In this document: positions 19,621 through 29,265 of the stretch, piece after piece
Layout of the letters: every line of letters starts with the position of its first letter
How positions within the stretch are numbered: position 1 is the stretch's first letter
Assembly: GCA_030526325.1 (NCBI GenBank)
Contig: JAUNCY010000003.1
Coordinates: 268-64,267 of the forward strand
Direction of reading: 5' to 3'
Origin: Bacillota bacterium
Lineage (GTDB): Bacteria > Bacillota > Clostridia > Peptostreptococcales > Anaerovoracaceae
Length of the DNA stretch: 64,000 bases
Position numbers and translations under genes: made by a program
Notes under the pieces: generated by a model
Database searches by the model: none
Told to the model about the DNA's origin: nothing
The model's input: the letters and a program-made list of their open reading frames with translations, nothing else

Positions 19621-20619
19621 CTATACTTTAGGCATGAACACCTTTTCATACATTCGCAGCGCATATCTGTCTGTCATGGACGCGATATAATCCTTCACTG
19701 CTTCATTTACTCCCCATACCTCAATCAGATTATACATATCCCCCGGCATTTCTCCCGGATTCTCGAGGAAATAATTATACAGCTGCTTTATCATCCTGTT
19801 AATCTTCTCGGTCTCATCCCGTCTCCAGGGTGTTTTGTAAACATTTTTAAACATAAACTCCCTAAGACCGTTCATAGCATCCGTGCGCTCTCTGCTCATA
19901 ACTATTTCGTTTTTTCCCTCGCTGTTTTCCATCATATCCGTAACAAGGGTATTGATTCTTTTGCTGTGAGTATCTCCCAGCACAGCTATGCAGTCTTCTG
20001 GCAGCTCTTCGAACCGTATTATCCCGCCTCTCAGCGCATCGTCTATGTCATGATTTATGTATGCTATCCTGTCGCTTATTTTTACAATCTGTCCTTCCAG
20101 AGTGAAAGGCTTAACCGGTCCCGTATGGTTCAGAATTCCGTCTCTGACCTCAAGGGTCAGGTTGAGCGGTGAGCCCGAAGGGCTCTTTTCCAGAACGTCC
20201 ACGACTCTCAGGCTCTGTACATTATGACGAAAACCACCCGGATGAATTGAATTCAGACAGCTTTCGCCGCTGTGTCCGAAGGGTGTATGACCAAGGTCAT
20301 GTCCCATGGCTATAGCTTCTGTCAGGTCCTCGTTCAGCTCCAGCCCTCTGGCTATAGTCCTTGAAATCTGTGCTACTTCAAGGGTATGGGTAAGTCTGGT
20401 TCTGTAGTGATCATCCTCAGGAGCTATAAAAACCTGTGTCTTGTGCATAAGCCTCCTCAGAGCTTTGGAATGTATTATTCTGTCCCTGTCTCTCTGATAC
20501 TCCGTTCGAACGGTGCATTTCTCCTCTTCTAAGATTCTTCCCCTTGTTTCTGCGGATTTTGAAGCATATGGCGACAATCTTTCGTACTCAAATTCTTCAT
20601 ATTTTTCTCTGTAAATCAT
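19621..20619 (-). CDS. dGTP triphosphohydrolase-like HD-domain protein
   Basis: The ORF track start is 20655. The likely start is the ATG at 20619 (MIYREKYEEF). Motifs QRDRDRIIHS, RTRLTHTLEV and GHDLGHTPFGH are present. Confidence 0.85.
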   Translation of the reverse strand: MIYREKYEEFEYERLSPYASKSAETRGRILEEEKCTVRTEYQRDRDRIIHSKALRRLMHKTQVFIAPEDDHYRTRLTHTLEVAQISRTIARGLELNEDLTEAIAMGHDLGHTPFGHSGESCLNSIHPGGFRHNVQSLRVVDVLEKSPSGSPLNLTLEVRDGILNHTGPVKPFTLEGQIVKISDRIAYINHDIDDALRGGIIRFEELPEDCIAVLGDTHSKRINTLVTDMMENSEGKNEIVMSRERTDAMNGLREFMFKNVYKTPWRRDETEKINRMIKQLYNYFLENPGEMPGDMYNLIEVWGVNEAVKDYIASMTDRYALRMYEKVFMPKV

Positions 20620-20690
20620 AATACCGCCTCTCAGACTCCCTCTGTTTTTTATCACTTTTTTCGTTTCAATTTATTATTCTACAATGCTCT

Positions 20691-21206
20691 TCAGTTTCCT
20701 CTTTTTTTTATTAAAAAAACAAAAAAATTTTTCACAAAAAAAGAGGCGGTAACTTCCGCCTCAAGAAAAAATCCTGACATCTTAATTCCCCCGTCGCGGG
20801 TGTGCTGAAGAATCACCGTGTATTCGTATCCCGGCTCCTGCTTACCTCCTTCATCTGCATCCCCTTCCTGCCATCTTATCACTGCTCTTATCACCGCTCC
20901 CCCGTGATCCTGTGAAAGCAGCTCGTAATCAAGAATCTCATACCCGATGACATTTTCCAGCTCCGTATCTCCGGTTCCTCTGATATTCATTATGTCCTCC
21001 CCCAGCAAAGGCTCGGCAAGGATTTCTCTGAGTTCACACTCGCAGTCCTCGTTTCCGAAATATGCCCTGTTTAAAATTTCCGTCCTTGTATCAAGTATTC
21101 TGTTAAATTCCGCTTCATAATCAAAATGTTTTTCAAAATCAACGTCTGCAGCTACGGAAAAAATCATCAGCCATATCATCGGAATTCCTACCGATAATAA
21201 TCTCAT
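20691..21206 (-). CDS. Hypothetical protein with N-terminal hydrophobic signal/anchor
   Basis: 171 aa with N-terminus MRLLSVGIPMIWLMIFSVAA. I recognise no family. The last ~24 codons run through a terminator-like hairpin and T-run. Confidence 0.45.
   Translation of the reverse strand: MRLLSVGIPMIWLMIFSVAADVDFEKHFDYEAEFNRILDTRTEILNRAYFGNEDCECELREILAEPLLGEDIMNIRGTGDTELENVIGYEILDYELLSQDHGGAVIRAVIRWQEGDADEGGKQEPGYEYTVILQHTRDGGIKMSGFFLEAEVTASFFVKNFFVFLIKKRGN
20736..20762 (-). terminator. Terminator-like hairpin inside the 3' end of ORF 20691..21206
   Basis: Minus strand reads GAGGCGG-AAGUUA-CCGCCUC (20743-20762), followed by UUUUUUU (20736-20742). Confidence 0.5.
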
Positions 21207-21340
21207 GCATCTTTCCTCCTTATGTGAATATACTGATATTATATCCTGCTGTGCTAACGTAATCTGTCACAACCCGGGGCAGAACTTTCGGGTATTGGGT
21301 GATTTTTTTAAGTAATAGGACGAAAAAAGCCGTCGGCAGT

Positions 21341-21375
21341 AAAAAAAGACAGCCTCAGCCTAAGCTGCAGCTGCC
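21341..21375 (-). terminator. Intrinsic terminator ending the long relA...DUF896 gene array
   Basis: Minus strand stem GGCAGC...GCUGUC (21348-21375) has an inner CAGC/GCUG helix and is followed by UUUUUUU (21341-21347). It lies 11 nt after the DUF896 stop. Confidence 0.55.
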
Positions 21376-21385
21376 TTTTCACTGC

Positions 21386-21556
21386 TTAATCAACTATTTC
21401 TATGTTGTCCAGTTGTTTTTTGAAATTTGCCCTGAACGCCTCCAGGTACTCTTTTCTCAAAACCGCTCTTTCTTCCGTCTCTTCCGGAGTAAGCGGTCTT
21501 TCCTTTGCAATCCTTGCAAGTTCGTTAATTCTTGCCAGACGCTTTGTCTCTATCAT
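21386..21556 (-). CDS. DUF896 (UPF0291, YnzC-like) small protein
   Basis: The ORF track start (21616) overlaps efp. The likely start is the ATG at 21556 (MIETKRLARINELARIAKERPLTPEE...), giving 56 aa. Confidence 0.75.
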   Translation of the reverse strand: MIETKRLARINELARIAKERPLTPEETEERAVLRKEYLEAFRANFKKQLDNIEIVD

Positions 21557-21557
21557 A

Positions 21558-22142
21558 TTATAAATATTCCTTCGCTCTGCCCATGTATTCGCCGGTTCTT
21601 GTATCGATCTGAACAAGCTCGCCCTCTTCGATGAAAATAGGAACCTGGATAACAGCGCCTGTTTCTACAGTTGCGGACTTTGTTACGTTTGTTGCTGTAT
21701 TGCCTTTTACGCCCGGTTCTGTTTCAACAATCTTAAGAACAACAAAGTTTGGAGCTTCTACAAGGAAAGCATTTCCTTTATAGAATTTTACTGTAGCCAT
21801 GTCATTTTCTCTTAAGAACTTGATAGCTTCTTCAACAGTATCAAATGCAAGAGGAACCTGATCATATGTTTCCTGATCCATGAAATAGTAAAGTTCGCCG
21901 TCATTGTATAAGTACTGCATCTGTTTTGTTTCAATATGTGCTTTCGGGAATTTGTCGTCCGGATTGAAAGCTTCTTCTCTTGTAGCACCTGTAAGGATAT
22001 TCTTGTACTTTGTTCTTACAAAAGCAGCTCCTTTACCCGGTTTTACGTGCTGAAAATCAAGAACAACATGAGGCTGACCGTTGATTTCAAATGTCACACC
22101 TTTTCTAAAATCACCTGCATATACCATTATATTTTCCTCCAT
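21558..22142 (-). CDS. efp: Translation elongation factor P
   Basis: The sequence ...[45 protein letters not shown]... is canonical EF-P. An alternative start is the ATG at 22127. Confidence 0.95.
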   Translation of the reverse strand: MEENIMVYAGDFRKGVTFEINGQPHVVLDFQHVKPGKGAAFVRTKYKNILTGATREEAFNPDDKFPKAHIETKQMQYLYNDGELYYFMDQETYDQVPLAFDTVEEAIKFLRENDMATVKFYKGNAFLVEAPNFVVLKIVETEPGVKGNTATNVTKSATVETGAVIQVPIFIEEGELVQIDTRTGEYMGRAKEYL

Positions 22143-23233
22143 TAAATTATTATTAGTTCTTTATTTGAAGAAGAGAGAACCTCACAGCCTGTTTCCTTTA
22201 CAAGAACCAGATCTTCAATTCTAACTCCAAATTTCCCCGGCAGATATATTCCCGGTTCAACAGTCACTGCCATACCCGGTTTGAGAATCTCATTCCCCCC
22301 CGGGCTCAAAGTCGGCGCCTCGTGTATCTCAAGACCAACTCCGTGTCCCAGTCCGTGACCGAAATACTCTCCGTATCCATAGTATTTTATAATATCACGA
22401 GCTGTCATGTCAATGTCTGCAGCATTTTTTCCCGAAGATACAGCTTCAAGAGCTGCGGATTGTGCTTCTTTTACTATGTTATATACTTTTTCCTGCTCCT
22501 TCGACGGCTCTCCCACAAGAAGATTTCTCGTCATATCAGAACAGTATCCGTCTACCCTACATCCGAAATCAAAGGTAATGAAGTCGCCTTTTTCTATTTT
22601 TTTCTCAGACGGCATACCGTGAGGCATGCTGCTTCGTTTTCCCGACACCACTATACTGTCGAAGGACAGCCCCTCCGCTCCGCGGCTTCTCATAAAGTAT
22701 TCAAGTTCAAAGGCTATGTCTTTTTCCCTCATTCCTTCTTTTACAAAATCAGTCAGAAAGTCAAATGCCTCGTCCCCTAACGCTTCAGCCCTTTTCAGGC
22801 AGTCCATCTCGTAATCGTCTTTTATTATCCTGAGTTTTTCCGTCAGTCCTCCTGCAGATTTTATCGTGCCCCGGAATTTTGAGCTCAGTTCCTTAAAGAA
22901 AGAATATGTTATCTCCTCTTCCTCCACCGCCAGACTTCTGATACCCGTGCTGTTTATGAAGTCAAAAACCGTAAAGCTTCTGTCAATTTTCACGGGAGTC
23001 AGTCCTGCCCCATTGTTTTCGGCAGCCTCTATATATCTGAAATCAGTAATAAGAAAGTTTTCCTTACCGGTAAGGAGTATATAGCAGTTCGATGATTTAA
23101 AATCCGAAAGATATACCACGTTTACGGGCTTAGAAATCAGAACTCCCTCAACTCCAAGAGCATATTTTTCCGCAGCAGCCTTCCGGATTCTCTCAGGCAG
23201 GAAAAAATTCAAATTATTCAACTTTAATCGCAT
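22142..23233 (-). CDS. M24-family Xaa-Pro aminopeptidase (YqhT-like)
   Basis: 363 aa with metal-ligand motifs [29 protein letters not shown] and VTVEPGIY. It sits upstream of efp, as in Bacillus. Confidence 0.85.
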   Translation of the reverse strand: MRLKLNNLNFFLPERIRKAAAEKYALGVEGVLISKPVNVVYLSDFKSSNCYILLTGKENFLITDFRYIEAAENNGAGLTPVKIDRSFTVFDFINSTGIRSLAVEEEEITYSFFKELSSKFRGTIKSAGGLTEKLRIIKDDYEMDCLKRAEALGDEAFDFLTDFVKEGMREKDIAFELEYFMRSRGAEGLSFDSIVVSGKRSSMPHGMPSEKKIEKGDFITFDFGCRVDGYCSDMTRNLLVGEPSKEQEKVYNIVKEAQSAALEAVSSGKNAADIDMTARDIIKYYGYGEYFGHGLGHGVGLEIHEAPTLSPGGNEILKPGMAVTVEPGIYLPGKFGVRIEDLVLVKETGCEVLSSSNKELIII

Positions 23234-23543
23234 CCTCTAAAATCTTGTACACATCGGCAATCATTCTTGTAAACATCATCTCTGCCTGCATGTACTCCAC
23301 GGCCTTGGGATCTTTCATAATAATCTGATACAGATCCTGTATCTGCTGCATTACATCTCCGTCAACCTCCTGTCCTGAAAACTGTGCAGCCTGAAGCTGA
23401 AACTGCTTCTGCTGAAAATCTCCCAGCATCTCGTTGAGCTCCGGAACAGCGGATACTTCTTCTTTGACTTTTGTATATGTCTTGTATTCTTCGCTTGCTT
23501 TGATAGCTCTTGCCAGATTATGGGCTTCATCATAAATGTTCAT
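23214..23543 (-). CDS. YlbF/YmcA-family (UPF0342) regulatory protein
   Basis: 109 aa with N-terminus MNIYDEAHNLARAIKASEEYKTY... and a helical, Q-rich middle region typical of the family. Confidence 0.7.
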   Translation of the reverse strand: MNIYDEAHNLARAIKASEEYKTYTKVKEEVSAVPELNEMLGDFQQKQFQLQAAQFSGQEVDGDVMQQIQDLYQIIMKDPKAVEYMQAEMMFTRMIADVYKILEDAIKVE

Positions 23544-23591
23544 ATTTCGTCCTCCCTTTGAAAATCTATATTGATAAATTATTAGACAAAA

Positions 23592-25265
23592 TTAAACCTC
23601 GATAAAGATAGGCAGAATCACCGGATTTCTCTTAGTCTGTTTGTAAATAAAGTCTCTGAGCTCGTCTTTGACGCCGTTTTTAAGCACAGACCAGTCCTTG
23701 ACGCCGTCGTTTCTGTACTTTTCGAGACGTTCCTTAACGGCATTTCTCGCAGCCTCTATCAGGTCTTCGGATTCTCTCACATAAACAAAACCTCTGGAAA
23801 TAATCTCCGGATTTGTACATACATAGCCTGTTTCCTTTGAAATCGCTGCCACGACTATTATCAGTCCGCCTTCCGAAAGCAGTTTTCTGTCCCTCAGAAC
23901 GATGTTTCCTACGTCGCCGACTCCGAGTCCGTCAACAAGAATATTTCCGCTGGGGACGGCTTTTTCTGTTCTTACAGCGCCTTTTGTGCTGATTTCAAGG
24001 ATATCTCCGTTTTCCATCATAAAAATATTGCTGCTGTCCATACCCATGTGCTCCGCTATTCTGGAGTGGGACAGAAGATGTCTGTATTCTCCGTGAACAG
24101 GCAGGAAATATTTGGGCTTTATGAGAGAATGTATCAGTTTTAATTCCTCTTCGCTGGCATGACCCGATACATGTATGTCAGCTATGTCTGAATGGATGAC
24201 ATTTGCGCTTTTTTCATAGAGCTTGTTAATGATAGTGGAAACCGGTTTTTCATTTCCCGGGATAGGATTTGAAGAGAATATTATGGTGTCTCCCTTCTTA
24301 ACCTGAATCATCTTATGCTCGGAATTGGCCATTCTTGTAAGAGCCGACATGGGCTCGCCCTGACTTCCTGTGGTGATAATAACCACCTTGTCGTCATCCA
24401 TGTTTCTTATTTTATTAATATCCACCAGAGCTCCCTTTGGAATTTTCATATATCCAAGCTCTGTTGCGGTTGCCACGACATTTACCATGCTTCGTCCAGA
24501 CATGGCGACACATCTTCCGTTTTTTACCGCCGCGTCAATTATTCTCTGAACTCGATAAACGTTCGAGGCGAATGTTGCAATGATTATTCTGGACTCAGCT
24601 TCCGCGAAGATATCATCCAGAGCCTCACCTACGGTCTTTTCGGAGGCAGTGTAGCCTCTTTTTCCCGCATTTGTACTGTCCGCCATCATGAGCAGAACCC
24701 CTTCTCCCCCCAGAGTGGCAAGTCTCTGGAAGTTTATCGGATCTCCGTCAAGAGGCGTGTAATCTATCTTAAAATCTCCCGTGTGGAAGATATATCCTAA
24801 AGGCGTTTTTATCGCGTAGGCCGCGCTTCCAGGAATTGAATGGGTCATCCTTATGACTTCGACACTGAAATTTCCTGCTTTGATTACATCTCCGTTCGTT
24901 ACGTCCATAAGTCTTCCGGATATCCCGTGCTCCTTGAGTTTGTTTTCTATAAGTCCCAGTGACAATCTCGCTCCGTACACCGGCACTTCTCCGAACTGCT
25001 TAAGGAAATATGGTATAGCGCCTATATGATCCTCGTGGCCATGGGTTATGAACATGGCCTTAATCTTATTTCTGTTTTTGTGCAGATAAGAGAAATCAGG
25101 GATCACTATGTCAATTCCAAGCATTTCGTCCTCAGGAAAGCAAAGCCCGCAATCCACGATAATGATTTCATCTTTGTATTCGAACACGGTCATATTCTTA
25201 CCTATTTCATTAAGTCCGCCCAAAGGTATGACCTTAACCGTGCCCGGATTTGTCTGTTTTCGCAA
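23592..25265 (-). CDS. rnj: Ribonuclease J
   Basis: 557 aa with beta-lactamase/beta-CASP motifs (ITHGHEDHIGAIPY, HTGDFK, HVSGHASEEEL, PVHGEYRHL). Confidence 0.9.
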   Translation of the reverse strand: MRKQTNPGTVKVIPLGGLNEIGKNMTVFEYKDEIIIVDCGLCFPEDEMLGIDIVIPDFSYLHKNRNKIKAMFITHGHEDHIGAIPYFLKQFGEVPVYGARLSLGLIENKLKEHGISGRLMDVTNGDVIKAGNFSVEVIRMTHSIPGSAAYAIKTPLGYIFHTGDFKIDYTPLDGDPINFQRLATLGGEGVLLMMADSTNAGKRGYTASEKTVGEALDDIFAEAESRIIIATFASNVYRVQRIIDAAVKNGRCVAMSGRSMVNVVATATELGYMKIPKGALVDINKIRNMDDDKVVIITTGSQGEPMSALTRMANSEHKMIQVKKGDTIIFSSNPIPGNEKPVSTIINKLYEKSANVIHSDIADIHVSGHASEEELKLIHSLIKPKYFLPVHGEYRHLLSHSRIAEHMGMDSSNIFMMENGDILEISTKGAVRTEKAVPSGNILVDGLGVGDVGNIVLRDRKLLSEGGLIIVVAAISKETGYVCTNPEIISRGFVYVRESEDLIEAARNAVKERLEKYRNDGVKDWSVLKNGVKDELRDFIYKQTKRNPVILPIFIEV

Positions 25266-25278
25266 ATTTAACCTCCTG

Positions 25279-27747
25279 TTATTTTACAACGATATTTACC
25301 AGCTTGCCGGGAACGCTGATAACTTTTACTATTGTCTTGTCTCCGATCAGCTGCTTTGTATTTTCCCTTTCCATAACAAGCGTCTGCAGTTCTTCTCTTG
25401 TCAGGCCGTTTGCAACGTCGAGTTTTTCCTTGAGTTTTCCGTTCACCTGAATTACGATCTCAATCTCGTCTTTTACGAGAGCTTTTTCATCATATTCCGG
25501 CCATGACTCTGTATAAACTGAATTTGTATGTCCTAATGTTTCCCACATTTCTTCACATATATGCGGTGTAAACGGAGAAAGTACTCTGATAAGGTTTTCA
25601 ACAGCAGCCTTCAGCAGTTCTGCATTGATTTCAGCCGCATCTTTGTATCTGTAAATCTCGTTTACCAGTTCCATGATGGAGCTGATTGCTGTGTTGAAAT
25701 TAAATCTTCCGCCGGCATCTTCGGTAACCTTCTTGATTGTGGCGTTCATCTGATAGGACAGTTCCTTATCGTCTTTATTCTTAATTTCATATTTGTCTCC
25801 GGCACCTTTAACTGTATCCGCAAGTTCTGTTACTGCTCTGAACACTCTGTTGAGGAATCTGTAGCTTCCTTCTACGCCTGCATCGGACCAGTCGAGTTCT
25901 CTTTCAGGCGGAGCAGCAAACAGTATGAACAGTCTTGCTGTATCAGCGCCGTATTTGCTGATGATTTCATCCGGGGAAACAACGTTTCCTATGGATTTAC
26001 TCATCTTCTTTCCGTCTTTGATAACCATACCCTGAGTGAGAAGGTTCTTGAACGGTTCTTCTGTTGTAACAAGATCCAGGTCATATAAAGCCATCTGGAA
26101 GAATCTCGCATACATAAGGTGAAGAATAGCATGTTCAACACCGCCGATGTACTGGTCAACATTCATCCAGTATTTTACCTTGTCATATGCAAAGGCTTCT
26201 TCCTGATTTCTTGCATCGCAATATCTGAGGAAGTACCATGAAGAATCCAGGAATGTATCCATTGTGTCTATTTCTCTCTTTGCCGGCTGTCCGCATACAG
26301 GACAAACTGTGTCAACAAAGGTCTTGCTTGTGGCAATAGGAGATTCTCCCTTTCCTGTGAATTCCACATCTGTAGGAAGGATTACAGGAAGGTTTTCTTC
26401 TTTTTCTGGCACCCATCCGCAGTGCTCGCAGTAAATCATAGGAATAGGTGTTCCCCAGTATCTCTGTCTGGAAATAAGCCAGTCTCTGAGTCTGTAGTTT
26501 ACAGCTTTTTTACCGATTCCCTTTTCTTCAACAATATCGGAGAGCTTCTTTATAGCATCCTTGTTGTTCATTCCGTTGAATTCACCGGAATTGATCATTG
26601 TGCCTTCTGCGGCGCAAGCAGCCTGTAAATTGTTTACGTCAATTTCAGGATCTCCCGGATCTACTACAGGAATAATAGGAATATCGAATTTCTTGGCAAA
26701 GTCAAAGTCTCTCTGGTCATGACCCGGTACACCCATTACGATACCGGTTCCGTAGCCCATGAGTACATAGTCTGTTACATAAATCGGAATTTCCTTTTCT
26801 GTAAACGGATTAATCGCATATCTTCCCGTGAAAACGCCTGTCTTTTCCGTAACTGTGGAAGTACGCTCGATATCGTTTTTGTGGGAGGTTTCTTCTATAT
26901 ATGCATTTACGGCTTCTTCGTATTCGGTTCCCTTAACAAGGTTTGCCACTTCAGGATGCTCCGGAGCAATTACCATGAAGGTTGTTCCGAAAATTGTATC
27001 TATTCTTGTTGTAAATACTGTAAATACTTTATCTAAATCCTTAACCCTGAAGTCAACCTCAGCACCCGCAGATCTGCCGATCCAGTTTTTCTGCATGATT
27101 TTTACCTTGTTTGGCCAGCCGTCCATAGTTTCAAGGTTGTCAAGAAGTCTGTCCGCATAATCCGTAATCTTGAAATACCACTGAGAAAGGCTCTTTTTTC
27201 CGACCACGGAACCGCATCTTTCACAGCAGCCGTCCACAACCTGCTCGTTGGCAAGTACAGTCTGACAGCTCGGGCACCAGTTTACAGGATTTTCTTTTTT
27301 GTATGCCAGTCCTTTTTTATAAAACTGGATGAATATCCACTGCATCCATTTATAGTATTCAGGATGACAGGTTGCCACCTCTCTGTCCCAGTCATATGAA
27401 AGACCGAGTCGTCTGAGCTGTGTGTTCATTTCCGCAATATTTGACCATGTCCATTCTGCAGGCTCAACACCGTGTTTTATGGCAGCATTTTCTGCCGGGA
27501 GACCGAAGCTGTCGTATCCCATCGGGTGAAGCACATTGAACCCCGACATATGCTTATATCTTGCAATAACGTCTCCTATGGAGTAGTTTCTTACATGACC
27601 CATATGAAGCTTTCCTGAAGGATAAGGGAACATTTCGAGAACATAATATTTTTCTTTGCTCTCGTCCTCAGTTGTTTTAAAAAGCTTTTCGTCAGCCCAT
27701 TTTTTCTGCCATTTTGACTCTATTGTTTTAAAATCATAATACGCCAT
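25279..27747 (-). CDS. leuS: Leucine--tRNA ligase
   Basis: 822 aa with HMGH ([15 protein letters not shown]) and KMSKS ([10 protein letters not shown]) motifs and a CP1 editing domain. Confidence 0.95.
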   Translation of the reverse strand: MAYYDFKTIESKWQKKWADEKLFKTTEDESKEKYYVLEMFPYPSGKLHMGHVRNYSIGDVIARYKHMSGFNVLHPMGYDSFGLPAENAAIKHGVEPAEWTWSNIAEMNTQLRRLGLSYDWDREVATCHPEYYKWMQWIFIQFYKKGLAYKKENPVNWCPSCQTVLANEQVVDGCCERCGSVVGKKSLSQWYFKITDYADRLLDNLETMDGWPNKVKIMQKNWIGRSAGAEVDFRVKDLDKVFTVFTTRIDTIFGTTFMVIAPEHPEVANLVKGTEYEEAVNAYIEETSHKNDIERTSTVTEKTGVFTGRYAINPFTEKEIPIYVTDYVLMGYGTGIVMGVPGHDQRDFDFAKKFDIPIIPVVDPGDPEIDVNNLQAACAAEGTMINSGEFNGMNNKDAIKKLSDIVEEKGIGKKAVNYRLRDWLISRQRYWGTPIPMIYCEHCGWVPEKEENLPVILPTDVEFTGKGESPIATSKTFVDTVCPVCGQPAKREIDTMDTFLDSSWYFLRYCDARNQEEAFAYDKVKYWMNVDQYIGGVEHAILHLMYARFFQMALYDLDLVTTEEPFKNLLTQGMVIKDGKKMSKSIGNVVSPDEIISKYGADTARLFILFAAPPERELDWSDAGVEGSYRFLNRVFRAVTELADTVKGAGDKYEIKNKDDKELSYQMNATIKKVTEDAGGRFNFNTAISSIMELVNEIYRYKDAAEINAELLKAAVENLIRVLSPFTPHICEEMWETLGHTNSVYTESWPEYDEKALVKDEIEIVIQVNGKLKEKLDVANGLTREELQTLVMERENTKQLIGDKTIVKVISVPGKLVNIVVK

Positions 27748-27775
27748 ATTTCTACCTCACTTACTGAAATTAAAT

Positions 27776-28633
27776 TTATTCTGTTCCTTCAAAGTATGTT
27801 ATCTCACCGTCTCCCCATAACTTTTCCAGATTATAACGCTCTCTCTGTTCCTTTGAGAATACATTTACAATGATATCCCCGAAGTCCATCAATATCCATC
27901 CCGTGCCGTTTTTTCCTTCGCTGTGCTTCAGAAATATTCCCAGCTCAGCAAGCTTATCCTCTACCTCATCTGCAATAGTCTTCATAAGTCTGTCGGATGG
28001 GGCGTGGGTAATCACAAAATAGTCGGCAAAGCCCGAAGTCTTAGAAATATCTATCAGCACGATATCCTGACCTTTTTTACTGTCTATCACTTCGGCAATT
28101 TTCCATGCTGCTGATTTATTATCCATTCTTTCTCCTTTCGACAAAACATACCTGATTGATTGATCAAGTACTCTTATGCAGGCCTTATTGATATCTTCGA
28201 ACGCAAGTTTTCTGATTTCATCAACACCCGGATAATCTCTTCCCGGTTCTATGGCATCCGAAACATATAATATCTTTTCCAGCATTTTCATTCCCGGCTT
28301 TCCTACCGTATGGCATTCTATGGCATCAAGTATCTCTCTGTCATTCACACCGTACTCGTATTCCAACACTTTAGATGCTGTCTTGCTGTGGGCAAGAGCA
28401 GTGTTTCCAAGATATTCACTGCCTATATCATATTTTTTTACGAGAAAATCCGATTCCTCCGTACTGAGATTTTTACAGAAATCATGCAGCAGTCCTGCCT
28501 TTTCGGCCTTTTCAATGTCACAGCCGTAATGACGGGCAAGTTCAACCGCCGTATCCCGCACTCCAAGGGTATGCTTAAGCCTGCTTTCCTTGAGATTTTT
28601 TCTGAGAAGAGACATTATTTCATTTGTATCCAT
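27776..28633 (-). CDS. In-frame fusion: YqeK-type HD-domain (Ap4A hydrolase family) + RsfS/iojap ribosome silencing factor
   Basis: The likely start is the ATG at 28633 (MDTNEIM..., GAGGAG 8 nt upstream). The N-terminal part has HTLGV...LLHDFCK...AIECHT...YVSDAIEP (YqeK). From about aa 176 of the track ORF it reads KKGQDIVLIDISKTSGFADYFVITH...GWILMDFGDIIVNVF...RERYNLEKLW (RsfS). An internal AAGGAG (28132-28137) plus ATG (28124-28126) sits at the junction. Confidence 0.8.
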   Translation of the reverse strand: MDTNEIMSLLRKNLKESRLKHTLGVRDTAVELARHYGCDIEKAEKAGLLHDFCKNLSTEESDFLVKKYDIGSEYLGNTALAHSKTASKVLEYEYGVNDREILDAIECHTVGKPGMKMLEKILYVSDAIEPGRDYPGVDEIRKLAFEDINKACIRVLDQSIRYVLSKGERMDNKSAAWKIAEVIDSKKGQDIVLIDISKTSGFADYFVITHAPSDRLMKTIADEVEDKLAELGIFLKHSEGKNGTGWILMDFGDIIVNVFSKEQRERYNLEKLWGDGEITYFEGTE

Positions 28634-28650
28634 TAATATTACTCCTCTCA

Positions 28651-29265
28651 TTATTTATAAAGCCCGTTAGCTTTAATGTACTCGTTTACCCGCTCCGGAA
28701 TCAGTCCAGTCAAATCCCCGTTCTTACCGACAGCCTCTCTTATCTCTGTTGAGGAGACATCAGGTGCCGGAAGATTAATAATACGGATATCTGCTCCGAA
28801 ACGATTTTTCAGTTCATTGATTTTTTCTCCGACGGTTTCCATACTGTATCCGGGTCTTATCCCTACAATGAAGGAAAATTCCTTCAGAAGCCTTCCGGCC
28901 TCGTACCATCTTTCCAGTTCAAGGAGTTCGTCGGTTCCTATTATAAAATATAGGGTGCAGTCCTTTCCGAATGTCTCTCTGAGTCTGCATAATGTAATAT
29001 AAGTGTATGAAACTCCGGGGCTTCTGACCTCTATGTCCGACACTTCAATCCCTTCTATGCCTTCCACCGCCAGCTCAAGCATTCTCAGCCGGTGCACCGC
29101 ATCGGGCATATTCTGTTTCTCCGCAAAAGGATGAATCCCATTAGGAATCATTATCACCTTATCCAGTCTGCAGTTTTCTCTTATATAACCAGCCAGAAAA
29201 ATATGACCGTTGTGAACAGGGCTGAAAGAACCTCCCAAAATTCCTATTTTCAATTTAATCAACAT
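28651..29265 (-). CDS. nadD: Nicotinate-nucleotide adenylyltransferase
   Basis: 204 aa with GILGGSFSPVHNGH (the HxGH motif) and ...SSTEIR.... It lies upstream of yqeK as in Bacillus yqeJ-yqeK-yqeL. Confidence 0.9.
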   Translation of the reverse strand: MLIKLKIGILGGSFSPVHNGHIFLAGYIRENCRLDKVIMIPNGIHPFAEKQNMPDAVHRLRMLELAVEGIEGIEVSDIEVRSPGVSYTYITLCRLRETFGKDCTLYFIIGTDELLELERWYEAGRLLKEFSFIVGIRPGYSMETVGEKINELKNRFGADIRIINLPAPDVSSTEIREAVGKNGDLTGLIPERVNEYIKANGLYK

